From Promethearchaeota archaeon (lineage in GTDB: Archaea > Asgardarchaeota > Thorarchaeia > Thorarchaeales > Thorarchaeaceae), in NCBI GenBank assembly GCA_027031765.1, contig JALVPN010000144.1, positions 9,374 through 41,373 on the forward strand: DNA of 32,000 nt, given 5' to 3'. The position numbers were made by a program, and so were the translations under genes. Positions 17,037 to 28,016 of this stretch are shown here, in pieces. Numbering within the stretch: the stretch's first letter is position 1; every line of letters starts with the position of its first letter. Below the pieces are notes generated by a model. It worked only from the letters and a program-made list of their open reading frames with translations. It was not told the DNA's origin and ran no database searches.

Positions 17037-17972
17037 ATGTTGCACGACATTCCCACTACAGAGGCGCAGCTCCTGAGAGTGTTGCTCACGGACTCGCGGT
17101 GTGGGATACGACACATTGCAGATACAATCGGCAAGAGCAGGAACTGGACAGCACATGCAATACGCCGGCTGGTGTCAGAAAGGGTTATCCGTTCCTACAG
17201 GATCATAGTTGACCCGTCACTAGTGTATGTCGAACGGAACACAGTCCTGCGCATCAAGACCAACCCGCGAGAAGAGCAGTTGAGCCGGGCACTGTTGGAG
17301 ATGCGCCAGCTTGAGTCGCTTGATGGGATATCAGGCGAGCACTCGCTATTGGCCCTGTTCCGCTTCAGAAACGCCGGTGAGTTCTCAACGTTCTTAGACG
17401 ACATAGACAGGACTGTGGCACAGACCCGGGCCCAGTCCTACGAGACCGTGCAGGTCCTCACCACCTACAAGAGCCACGGGTTTGTACTCCAGCCGCGAGA
17501 TGCGGTGCCCCAACGGATCACAGACATGGACTGGTCACTTCTACGGGTCATCACTGTCCAGAGGGCTGACCAAGAGCACCCGTTCCCGCTGACCCAAGAG
17601 CAGATTGGGTCTATGTTGGAGCCCCCAATGAGCCAGCCGGGAGTGTCAAAACGGCTCAGACGGCTTGAGGACGCTGGGGTCATTGTGGGATACTCGGCGG
17701 ACATAGACTTCAGCAGGGTCGGGCTGCCCATCAAGTTCTTCCTCCAGGTCAGGCCGCGCCCGGGGACTGTGTCAAGCACTGCGAGGTATGTGAGCACACT
17801 GCCAGAAGTGTGGGATCTGTATCGGACAGGAGAGGACTTCAGTCTGTTTGCAACCGTACGCACGGCCAGCATATCAGAGTACAACGCATTTCTACGTAGA
17901 CTCTACCAGCACCCAGATGTCATTGACACACGCTCTCAGGTTTCGCTTGAGGAGTGGGATGTCGCGGTGTGA
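17037..17972 (+). CDS. Tandem (double) Lrp/AsnC-family transcriptional regulator
   Basis: Two HTH + RAM repeats: IRHIADTIGKSRNW...LVSERVIRSY and QEQIGSM...SQPGVSKRLRRLEDAGVIVGYSADID...LYRTGEDFS. Confidence 0.85.
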   Translation: MLHDIPTTEAQLLRVLLTDSRCGIRHIADTIGKSRNWTAHAIRRLVSERVIRSYRIIVDPSLVYVERNTVLRIKTNPREEQLSRALLEMRQLESLDGISGEHSLLALFRFRNAGEFSTFLDDIDRTVAQTRAQSYETVQVLTTYKSHGFVLQPRDAVPQRITDMDWSLLRVITVQRADQEHPFPLTQEQIGSMLEPPMSQPGVSKRLRRLEDAGVIVGYSADIDFSRVGLPIKFFLQVRPRPGTVSSTARYVSTLPEVWDLYRTGEDFSLFATVRTASISEYNAFLRRLYQHPDVIDTRSQVSLEEWDVAV

Positions 17973-18096
17973 GGGCGCCACACTGTGACCATGCACTGAT
18001 GGACAGGCCGCAGGGGACATGGCCACAATCGTTGGATAGTGGCCAGTATTACATACAGGATGGGGCGTATGGCGGCACAGGTGGCGTCGGCCCGAC

Positions 18097-18108
18097 AAAA
18101 GGTTAATA
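18097..18108 (+). promoter_or_regulatory. Candidate BRE-TATA promoter AAAAGGTTAATA
   Basis: Purine-rich BRE directly followed by TTAATA, about 65 bp upstream of ATG 18174. Confidence 0.5.
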
Positions 18109-18173
18109 CAGGGCAAGGCAGAGCAGCATATTCACACAATCCACCAACAGGTAAGAAGCCGGCGGTTCAGGAG

Positions 18174-19520
18174 ATGCTCAGCGCTATTTCACTCAAGATA
18201 TACGAGCTCCGGAAGTACCTAGTGCTGAGTCTTCTTGTCTCCACAATCGCAATCCCACTGTCAACACTGTTCATCATCCAGCGAGACCGCAACCGGAATG
18301 AGATGTATGGGGAGGCATTCTGGATCTACGGCTTTGGAGTGTACAACAAGACCGACAACGACCTCATCAGGGAGCTGCCCGACGAGTGGGACTTTGAGAA
18401 CGCAACCTACAAGCTACCAGAGTACCTTGGCAACGTGACCTACGAGTATCCGGTCTTCGGTCTGATCTTCTTTGCAATCGCCACATATCTCTATCCCGGG
18501 GTCCAGGGATATCAGGGGCTGTGGCTCAACTTCATCTTGGTACTGGTGTTCAACCTGAACCTCGTCCTAATCTCAATCCTGCTCGGGAACAAAGTGAAGG
18601 AGCACATGTGGGCCAAGATGTTCTTTGTCGGGTACTTCATGTATGGGCTCTTCATGTCTGCTGCCGGTGGCAAGCTTGAGCCCATTGCGGACTGCCTGCT
18701 CTTCATGGCGCTGGTGCTGAGAAAGGAGGGGCAGATGGGAAAGGCAATGTTCACACTCGGCCTCTCAGTGCAGACAAAGATCTACTCCGTAGTAGTGTTC
18801 CCCCTGCTGTTCGTAGAGGCCCCTGCCTCTGCAGTCTGGTTCTTTGTATCGACTCTACTGACTATAGTCCCGTTCGCATTTCTGGGGGTCAACTTCGACT
18901 CGCTAGTAGCGCACTTCCTGAACACGACCTCATACTCGTCATACATAGTCAATGGACTGTACCCGGGCCTGTTCCTTGCAACACCAGTGCTCGACACCAG
19001 CCCCACACAGTACTATATGTGGCCACCTGCACTAATCCCGCTCATCATCTACGCATCGTTCATGCTCTATACAATCCCGTTGTACCTGCCTGACAGGAAG
19101 ACCTTCCTTGCCGCTGGCTGGCGGCAGCGGATTGACCTCCTCAAACCACTGTACATCTACATGACACCTGGAGTCCTCTTTGTGTTCAGGTGGGTAATGC
19201 CATGGTATCTGTTCTGGCTTGCACCACTCGTGGTCTTGTTTGAGGACGACCGACAGGCAGCGGGATATATGAAGGAGGTCACCATAGTCGGCTTCGCGTA
19301 CACCTTCGGGGTATTCTGCAATTATCCGTATTTCATCTCGGGGCCTCTGCCGGACTTCATCAACGAGTTCATCTTCGGGTATCAGACCCTGTTTGCGCTG
19401 GTCGCGATTCTACTCGTCACCACGCTGGGGTACCTTATATGGCGATGGGAATCTGAGAAACGGGAGAGGCGGGCGCGGCTGATACGCGAGGCAGAGGTCA
19501 GGGGAGAACTCGTAATCTGA
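18174..19520 (+). CDS. Polytopic membrane protein, possible GT-C-fold glycosyltransferase (GT87/PIG-M-like)
   Basis: About 10-11 TMs, an early extracytoplasmic loop ending YEYPVFGLIFF, later K.EP, Q.K.Y and PWYLFW motifs. Family assignment is by resemblance only. Confidence 0.6.
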   Translation: MLSAISLKIYELRKYLVLSLLVSTIAIPLSTLFIIQRDRNRNEMYGEAFWIYGFGVYNKTDNDLIRELPDEWDFENATYKLPEYLGNVTYEYPVFGLIFFAIATYLYPGVQGYQGLWLNFILVLVFNLNLVLISILLGNKVKEHMWAKMFFVGYFMYGLFMSAAGGKLEPIADCLLFMALVLRKEGQMGKAMFTLGLSVQTKIYSVVVFPLLFVEAPASAVWFFVSTLLTIVPFAFLGVNFDSLVAHFLNTTSYSSYIVNGLYPGLFLATPVLDTSPTQYYMWPPALIPLIIYASFMLYTIPLYLPDRKTFLAAGWRQRIDLLKPLYIYMTPGVLFVFRWVMPWYLFWLAPLVVLFEDDRQAAGYMKEVTIVGFAYTFGVFCNYPYFISGPLPDFINEFIFGYQTLFALVAILLVTTLGYLIWRWESEKRERRARLIREAEVRGELVI

Positions 19521-19650
19521 ACTCGCATGAGATGATATTGCAGGCCTGACCGGTGGACACGTCAGTGATGTGGGCGATGCGGGCGTGGACATGCCACAGT
19601 CACACTGGCCGCAATGTGAGAGGGCCCATCAATAGGAGATACAGGCGATA

Positions 19651-20118
19651 TCAGACAGTACCATTTGCATGGTAGTACTCCACAATCCGTCTGCGGATTT
19701 CAGTAGATGAGCACAGGTCATTGGTCGGGAGTCGGGACAACCGGACAACCCGGCTGGGGAGGCCCCCCTCGTCAAACAACCGTTGCAAGGCCTCAATATC
19801 CGCGACCTGGTCGTATCCGAGGGCGACAATGTCAGGCTTCAAGTCGCGCACAATCTGTGTCCGGTCTTCAGTGTCGTAGCCCAGTACTGCACGGTCAACC
19901 ACATCAAGTGCTTCCACCAGCTGGCGTCTCTGTTCTTGAGGGAAGACCGGTGGTGCCCCACGTTCACGTTCTATTGTCTTGTCCAGTGCAATGACGACTA
20001 CCAGCTCGCCATCGGGCCCAGCGAGTTCACGGGCCTGCCTGAGATAGGAAAGGTGTCCCGGATGTAGGATGTCAAACTTACCGGCTGCAAGCACACGCTT
20101 GGGACACAACCTGTGCAC
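19651..20118 (-). CDS. ribL: Archaeal FAD synthase (cytidylyltransferase fold)
   Basis: GKFDILHPGH, LVVVIALD, PVFPQEQR, KPDIVALGYDQ, SSTEI. The true start may be TTG 20109. Confidence 0.85.
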   Translation of the reverse strand: MHRLCPKRVLAAGKFDILHPGHLSYLRQARELAGPDGELVVVIALDKTIERERGAPPVFPQEQRRQLVEALDVVDRAVLGYDTEDRTQIVRDLKPDIVALGYDQVADIEALQRLFDEGGLPSRVVRLSRLPTNDLCSSTEIRRRIVEYYHANGTV

Positions 20119-20132
20119 CCCCTTGTCACGGT

Positions 20133-20393
20133 TCAGTCCTCATCGACGGCCAGGAACTCCGTACCTTCATGCACCACTTCGATACGTCGGCGTGTCTTTG
20201 TTATCTGACTGACATGTATGATGCCGTTGATTTCGAGCTGCATCAGTGCTGCGTTGAGTTCGGAGTCACTGGGGTCAGCCCCGAGCTCTTTCTTCAGGGT
20301 CCTGCGGAGCTCGTCATCAAGTATAACACCATGCCGCTTCTTGAGGATTGCCACAATCAGGTTCCGCATTGGGATTGCAGACCATGTACTCAT
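20133..20393 (-). CDS. Small winged-helix-like hypothetical protein
   Basis: 86 aa with a helix-helix-helix-beta hairpin pattern (SELNAALMQLEINGIIHV). Tightly packed between cdc48 and ribL. Confidence 0.75.
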   Translation of the reverse strand: MSTWSAIPMRNLIVAILKKRHGVILDDELRRTLKKELGADPSDSELNAALMQLEINGIIHVSQITKTRRRIEVVHEGTEFLAVDED

Positions 20394-20418
20394 CTCATTT
20401 CACGTCCCCATCATATTG

Positions 20419-22620
<2,202 letters not shown>

Positions 22621-22850
22621 TCAACCTCCAGTCTGTGAGGCTGTCAGGGCCAGAACTAGGATGGCTGGGCATCGGTTGACCCTCATCGGGGCCGTCCTGT
22701 TCTGGCCATCCTGAAGTCTAATGAGTATTTCTGTACCATACTCCTGAAGGGGAACCATAAGCGTTATGAGTCCAGCGCCTGGTGCTGCACGACCTTGACG
22801 GTGAGAGCGGGTCTTTGGGAGTGGACATCCACAGACATGACAGTTGTAGG

Positions 22851-23117
22851 CTACATACGGGACAGCATCTCGACCTCGACCTGCGAGACGCCCTCAAGCG
22901 CACGTATTGCCTCTTCGATGTCCTCTGGGCCCCCCATAGACTCTTCTCTCGCAACATTCATCCGGATTGCCCTCAGACCAAAGGCTACAGGGACTATCTC
23001 AGTGGCCCGGACATCGGTCCCTTCCGGCACTGCACCTTTAATCTGTTCCAGCAAGGCATCCAGGTCAACATCTACGTCTTCGGGCATGACTTTCAGTGTG
23101 ATGACGACTCGTGCCAA
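22851..23117 (-). CDS. ef1b: Translation elongation factor 1-beta
   Basis: ARVVITLKVMPEDVDVDL...PVAFGLRAI...EEAIRALEGVSQVEV. TTG/GTG start after AGGGGG. Confidence 0.95.
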   Translation of the reverse strand: MARVVITLKVMPEDVDVDLDALLEQIKGAVPEGTDVRATEIVPVAFGLRAIRMNVAREESMGGPEDIEEAIRALEGVSQVEVEMLSRM

Positions 23118-23137
23118 CACAAGACCCCCTTTGCAGA

Positions 23138-23305
23138 TTACGGTCCGACAAACCCACAGTTCGGGCACTCGTACTTGTTAGAGAACCGTCTGCAGAGCTC
23201 GCACCGCCAGATGACAAACTCACCACAGTTTGGACAGCGGAACTTCACGCTGTGCTCCTGTGGTGAGATCGAGCTGTGACACGATGTGCACCGGATTGCT
23301 CTCAT
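23138..23305 (-). CDS. HVO_2753-like (DUF1610) double zinc-ribbon small protein (not in ORF track)
   Basis: [55 protein letters not shown], 55 aa, in its usual position upstream of EF-1beta. Confidence 0.93.
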   Translation of the reverse strand: MRAIRCTSCHSSISPQEHSVKFRCPNCGEFVIWRCELCRRFSNKYECPNCGFVGP

Positions 23306-23372
23306 GTTCGGCAAGATATCACCAAGGCCTTGACTTCTCTACATGGGTTCTCTGGCAGCCAGCAGGGAGGCG

Positions 23373-23383
23373 ATTATAAACCT
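23373..23383 (-). promoter_or_regulatory. Candidate TATA box (AGGTTTATAAT) for zinc finger-ef1b operon
   Basis: TTTATAAT on the minus strand about 70 bp upstream of ATG 23305. Confidence 0.5.
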
Positions 23384-23532
23384 GTCGAAGGAGCATCTCG
23401 GGGTGCAGCCCGGCATGGACGGTACGCAATGTGACAGGGCAGTAGTCGGTGGTAGTACTCCAGCAGATGGGAGGCATGACTGGAAGCCATATATGGGCAG
23501 GAATGGGTGACAGGAGGTAGGAGTGCGCCCCC

Positions 23533-24558
23533 ATGGGAACAAGACTCGGCGACATAATGGTGGCGACCACGGTCACACTGAAAGACCTCGCTGGGAAGAC
23601 CATAGCAGTAGACGCATTCAACACGCTGTACCAGTTCCTGTCAACAATCCGCCAGCCGGACGGGACACCGCTGATGGACCGGGAGGGACGGGTGACGAGC
23701 CATCTGTCCGGACTGTTCTACCGCAATGTGAACCTCATCGAACATGACCTCCGACTAGTATACGTATTCGATGGCGAGGCCCCGGTACTCAAGGCGGAGG
23801 AGGTCGAGAAACGGCGGGAACGCCGAGAGGCGGCAAGATTGGAGTGGGAGCGTGCAAAGGAGGAGGGACGCATTGAAGACGCGTTCAAGGCTGCAAGGGC
23901 CAGCTCACGGCTGACGGCCGAGATGATTGAGGAGAGCAAGGCCCTCCTACAGGCACTGGGCATACCTGTGGTGCAGGCCCCGTCCGAGGGAGAGGCCCTC
24001 GCAGCACAGATGGCCCGCGAAGGTATTGTGTGGGCGAGTGCAAGCCAGGACAACGACGCGCTCCTGTACAACTGCCCGCGGATGGTGCGGAACCTCTCCA
24101 TCAGCGGCCGGCGTCGTGGGCGTGGTGCAAAACAGAAGACTGTCCAGCCAGAGATCATAGACCTTGACAATAACCTCCGCACACTCGGCATTACACGGGA
24201 GCAGCTCGTAGACATTGCAATCCTAGTGGGGACGGACTACAACCCGGGCGTGAAGGGCGTGGGGCCAAAGACGGCACTGAAACTCGTGACCAAATACGGC
24301 TGCCTTGAGCGCATCGAGGAGGAGAAGGGCCTCCGGCTTGACATCCCATATCAGAAGATACGTGATATTTTCCTGAAACCCCTTGAGACCGAGTTGGAGC
24401 CGATAGAGTGGAAAAGGCCAGACCCCGAGAGAGTGATGGAAATACTGTGTGACAGACACGACTTCAATATGGACAGGGTCGAACGGGCTCTTGAGAGGCT
24501 GACAGCACGTGCGAGGGAAACGGACGGCAGGCAGAGTTCGCTCACAGAGTTCTTCTAG
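23533..24558 (+). CDS. fen: Flap endonuclease 1
   Basis: AVDAFNTLYQFL, TSHLSGLFYR, VFDG, APSEGEA, SQDND, GTDYNPG. C-terminal PIP box QSSLTEFF. Confidence 0.98.
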   Translation: MGTRLGDIMVATTVTLKDLAGKTIAVDAFNTLYQFLSTIRQPDGTPLMDREGRVTSHLSGLFYRNVNLIEHDLRLVYVFDGEAPVLKAEEVEKRRERREAARLEWERAKEEGRIEDAFKAARASSRLTAEMIEESKALLQALGIPVVQAPSEGEALAAQMAREGIVWASASQDNDALLYNCPRMVRNLSISGRRRGRGAKQKTVQPEIIDLDNNLRTLGITREQLVDIAILVGTDYNPGVKGVGPKTALKLVTKYGCLERIEEEKGLRLDIPYQKIRDIFLKPLETELEPIEWKRPDPERVMEILCDRHDFNMDRVERALERLTARARETDGRQSSLTEFF

Positions 24559-24720
24559 TGCAGACTGGCTGACTCTCCGGGGTGGGTATGCCGGGTGGAG
24601 CATGTGCGTTTATAAGAAACAAGGTGTGGAGGAATACGGCGTTCGCAAGACGGCCCACGCTGTAGCCGACCGCACTATGGCGTGTGCCCAGAGTTCCCTG
24701 TAGTCCATTGGTGGTGCCAC

Positions 24721-25434
24721 TTGACCCGAGAGAGATTGACTGCCATGAGAGCGTCCGTGAAAGACATCATCACGGGGCGCTATGATGACAACAATGGGCC
24801 GTGCGTAATCTCACAGATGGGAATAGAGCTCAGACGAGTCGCACTCGTGGGGCACATCGTCGACAAGCTGTATAAGGACAACTATGCAAGCCTCACGCTT
24901 GACGATGGGACTGAAACAATCAGACTGAAGGTCTGGGGGCCTGATGCGCATGCGCTCGAGGCCTTTGACGTCTCAGACCTCGTGCTTGTAGTTGGCAAGG
25001 TGCGCATGTACCAGGAGGAGTTGTTTGTAGCACCGGAACTCCTCCGCAGGCTCGACGACCCCAACTTTATGACACTGCACCTGCTGGAACGCTATCACAC
25101 CATTCTCACGAGGGGGAGGCGTGTGGGTGCGGTCGTGACCGATGTGCGGCCCTTGGAAACAGCTGGCCAAACGGACAGCACAGCAACGGAGGACACAGGC
25201 CGTCCAGCAGTGTCGTCGGCCCCGGCCGCACCTGAGATGACAGGCGTCCTGTCAGAAGACATACTACAGTACATCAAAGCCAATGAGGGGACTGATGGCG
25301 TGGCCATCATGGACATTGTCACACACTTTGAGGCATTGGGTTACGAGAGGTCGGAAATCCAACTTGAGGTGATGTCCCTGTTGAGCGAGGGCATCATAAT
25401 GGAGAAGGCAATCGGTCGGTACGCCAGTCTGTAG
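24721..25434 (+). CDS. RPA32/RPA2-like single-stranded DNA-binding subunit (OB fold + linker + C-terminal winged helix)
   Basis: RVALVGHIV, LTLDDGTETIRLKVW, VLVVGKVRMYQ OB fold. Low-complexity linker. WH-like ILQYI...LLSEGIIME. TTG start after GGTGGTG. Confidence 0.8.
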   Translation: MTRERLTAMRASVKDIITGRYDDNNGPCVISQMGIELRRVALVGHIVDKLYKDNYASLTLDDGTETIRLKVWGPDAHALEAFDVSDLVLVVGKVRMYQEELFVAPELLRRLDDPNFMTLHLLERYHTILTRGRRVGAVVTDVRPLETAGQTDSTATEDTGRPAVSSAPAAPEMTGVLSEDILQYIKANEGTDGVAIMDIVTHFEALGYERSEIQLEVMSLLSEGIIMEKAIGRYASL

Positions 25435-25515
25435 CTGGAGCCACCGACGCCACCGCAGGTCAGACACTCACACAAATCAGAAGGTTCAATAGACAACCCA
25501 AGGAGAGAGTCAGAC

Positions 25516-25929
25516 ATGGACGAATACAATCGCCTCCTTGAAAGAGCACGGTCGATGATTCCGGAGGACGCGTTCAAGAGGTCTGGAGAACGGTTCCAAG
25601 TGCCTGAAGTGCAGGTGATGATACAGGGCAACCGCACTTTCTGGCAGAACTTTCAGGAGATAATCATGGTACTCAACCGCAAGGGGAAAGAAGTGCTGAA
25701 GTACATGGCAGGCCAGCTCGCCACGGCAGGCACAGTCGAGGGCAGCACGGCAGTGTTCAATGGAGCATTCCCACGTTCTCTCATCCAAGAGGTGCTAGAG
25801 CGGTACATAGAGGCATATGTGAGGTGTCCGGTATGCACCCGGCCTGACACGACGATAGTCAAGGACAAGAATGCATACTATCTACAGTGCTCGGCGTGTG
25901 GTGCAAAGACCTCAATCAGGCCAATCTAG
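25516..25929 (+). CDS. eif2b: Translation initiation factor 2 subunit beta
   Basis: ERFQVP, GNRT, NF..I...LNR, YVRCPVCTRPDT, CSACGA. Confidence 0.96.
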   Translation: MDEYNRLLERARSMIPEDAFKRSGERFQVPEVQVMIQGNRTFWQNFQEIIMVLNRKGKEVLKYMAGQLATAGTVEGSTAVFNGAFPRSLIQEVLERYIEAYVRCPVCTRPDTTIVKDKNAYYLQCSACGAKTSIRPI

Positions 25930-25986
25930 AGTGGCACCGCGAATTTGATATTTCAGGAGTACAGAAGATAACCTGGAGACAGTGCA

Positions 25987-26298
25987 GTGACCGATGACCC
26001 CCAAAGGTTCTACCTGAAGGTGCACCCCAGGTTTGGGCACTACCTGGTAGCAATATGTGACAAGGCACTGCTGGGACGGACACTCGTTGATGGGGACATT
26101 GAGTTCAATGTGTCAGAGAAGTTCTATGGGGGGGAGCTTGTTGATGTCGAGACCTGTCTCCAGCACCTCCGAAAAGCGACCATTGTAAATATGATTGGTG
26201 AGGAGAGTGTGTCAATTGCAATCGAGGCCGGGCTCGTCCACCGCAATGCAGTGCTGTACATCGATGGCCATCCACACGCCCAGTGGATGAAACTATAG
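25987..26298 (+). CDS. DUF424 family protein
   Basis: LVAICDKALLG, VSEKFYGG, ATIVNMIGE, AIEAG, PHAQ. Confidence 0.9.
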   Translation: MTDDPQRFYLKVHPRFGHYLVAICDKALLGRTLVDGDIEFNVSEKFYGGELVDVETCLQHLRKATIVNMIGEESVSIAIEAGLVHRNAVLYIDGHPHAQWMKL

Positions 26299-26307
26299 TG
26301 CAGCCCG

Positions 26308-26679
26308 CTAGTGCTGGTGAGCACCGCGTCCCCGACACAGACGGTCGGCACCAAGCGGCAGGCTCTGTCCCCCCAGGAAGTTCTCTATCGCTTCACGCAC
26401 ACTCGTACCAGTTGCCCGCACCACACTCATCCCGACCTGCTGCGAGTATGCAAACGGGCGCATGCCCATCCCGCCAGTCACAAGGACTCTCACACCCCTT
26501 CTGGCAAGGAGGTCGATGGGGCCCGAACACGACTCGTGGCCAACATTCGGGATAGACTCGACACTGGTAATCTGACCATCGCGGACGGTCGCAACTATGA
26601 ACGCCGCACAGTGGCCAAAGTGTGCGCTTACAGGGCTCTCAAGACCACGGTCTGTATCTGCTGGCACAGCGACTTTCAT
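26308..26679 (-). CDS. NifB/NifX (FeMo-cofactor-binding-like) family protein
   Basis: MKVAVPAD, VSAHFGHCAAF, VLVTGGMGMRP, C-terminal CRGRGAHQH. Confidence 0.9.
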   Translation of the reverse strand: MKVAVPADTDRGLESPVSAHFGHCAAFIVATVRDGQITSVESIPNVGHESCSGPIDLLARRGVRVLVTGGMGMRPFAYSQQVGMSVVRATGTSVREAIENFLGGQSLPLGADRLCRGRGAHQH

Positions 26680-26791
26680 CTCTGACACTGTATCACCACT
26701 ACTGTAACTCTGATGTGCGCTCCGGTTTCGTCCCGCCAAGACAGCAATATAGTAGTTTCTGTCCATCTGGTGGCCAGACACACTGGTTTGC

Positions 26792-27289
26792 CTACTGGAA
26801 GAGAGGCGAGAGATGGAGGAACAGTACGACCGGTGCAAGAATCAGGGAGCGCACCATGAGAGAGTGGCCCCGTTCCTTGAGGTCGCCCGACGCAGGGTTG
26901 AAGTACAGGATGGCGCCGACTAGAAAACAGACCGCTGACACAGCGTCGGCAGCATACAGGGCGAGGCCCACAAGTTCCGCATCGGGCACATGGAGTACAC
27001 GGATCCATATGTCCATGCTCTGGTCAATGCTCAGGGGCTGGAGGCCCAGCAGTCCACTTACCAAGGGGGTCAGGACCGGGCCCAGGACACACAGTCCAAC
27101 ACCAAGTATGACAAACTGTTTTGCAGCCGAGTCACCGAGTCCAGTGGCAAAGATGGTCATACCGACGAGGATTAAGAGCATGTAGCCGCGGACCGTGAAT
27201 ATCAGGAGGAACGCATAGGCGACCTCAAAGACCTCCCGTACTGGAAAGGTTGGGAGCTGTGGATCAATTACCTGTAGGAGCAGGCTCAT
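26792..27289 (-). CDS. Hypothetical 4-TM membrane protein with two helical-hairpin repeats
   Basis: Four hydrophobic segments arranged as two hairpins. Start set at ATG 27289. Confidence 0.7.
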   Translation of the reverse strand: MSLLLQVIDPQLPTFPVREVFEVAYAFLLIFTVRGYMLLILVGMTIFATGLGDSAAKQFVILGVGLCVLGPVLTPLVSGLLGLQPLSIDQSMDIWIRVLHVPDAELVGLALYAADAVSAVCFLVGAILYFNPASGDLKERGHSLMVRSLILAPVVLFLHLSPLFQ

Positions 27290-27343
27290 GCCAACGCTGG
27301 ACAGTGACAACGTTCCCACATGGAACAGTTGCTGGGGGTAGAT

Positions 27344-27907
27344 TTAATCACCACGAATGTCTGTGCCCTGGATCAGTGTGCGGAGGTCATCGGCCATGAC
27401 GGGCCGGAGGCGTTGTGAACGGAGGGCTGCTGCTGGGTGGTACGTCACAAAGAAGAGTTGGCCAGAAGCCCCTTCGTAGAACCGGCCATGTGCTTCGGAA
27501 ATCTTCCATGGGCCTACCAGTGTATTGACCGCCACCGAGCCCAAGAGCACAACGACCTTGGGCCTGAGGACTGAAATCTGGCTTTCCAAGTATGGCAGAC
27601 ACGCACGAATTTCAGAGCTGGTAGGTGTGCGGTTCATCGGGGGACGACACTTGAGCACTGAGGTTATGAAGACATCCTTCCGGTCGAGGCCGACCTCACT
27701 GAGGAGTCCTGTCAGGAGTCGACCCGAACGTCCGACAAAGGGACGGCCCAGTTCGTCCTCTCTTGCACCCGGCGCTTCGCCGACAAACATGAAGACGGGA
27801 CGTGGTGACCCCTCTCCAGGCACTGGGTTGGTGCGCGACTTGTGGAGGGGACACAGCGTACATGTCTGGATGCGTGCATGGATTGCTTCGAGCTCTGGAC
27901 ACTCCAT
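27344..27907 (-). CDS. udg: Type-4 uracil-DNA glycosylase ([4Fe-4S])
   Basis: CTLCPL, FVGEAPGAREDELGRPFVG, VLKCRPPMNRTP, C.PYL, TYHPAA. Confidence 0.95.
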   Translation of the reverse strand: MECPELEAIHARIQTCTLCPLHKSRTNPVPGEGSPRPVFMFVGEAPGAREDELGRPFVGRSGRLLTGLLSEVGLDRKDVFITSVLKCRPPMNRTPTSSEIRACLPYLESQISVLRPKVVVLLGSVAVNTLVGPWKISEAHGRFYEGASGQLFFVTYHPAAALRSQRLRPVMADDLRTLIQGTDIRGD

Positions 27908-28016
27908 CGTCAGACCGACCCGACATGTCTGTGTCACGCATGACATCCAATAAGTGCCACGGATGCCTATGTCACACAGGCCGGAGAGATACCATCTCAT
28001 GGGCGGGTCTTTGCAT

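Noticed and set aside
26308-26679. NifB/NifX protein as evidence of nitrogen fixation
   Set aside because: This family is widespread in non-diazotrophic archaea and no nif genes are adjacent.
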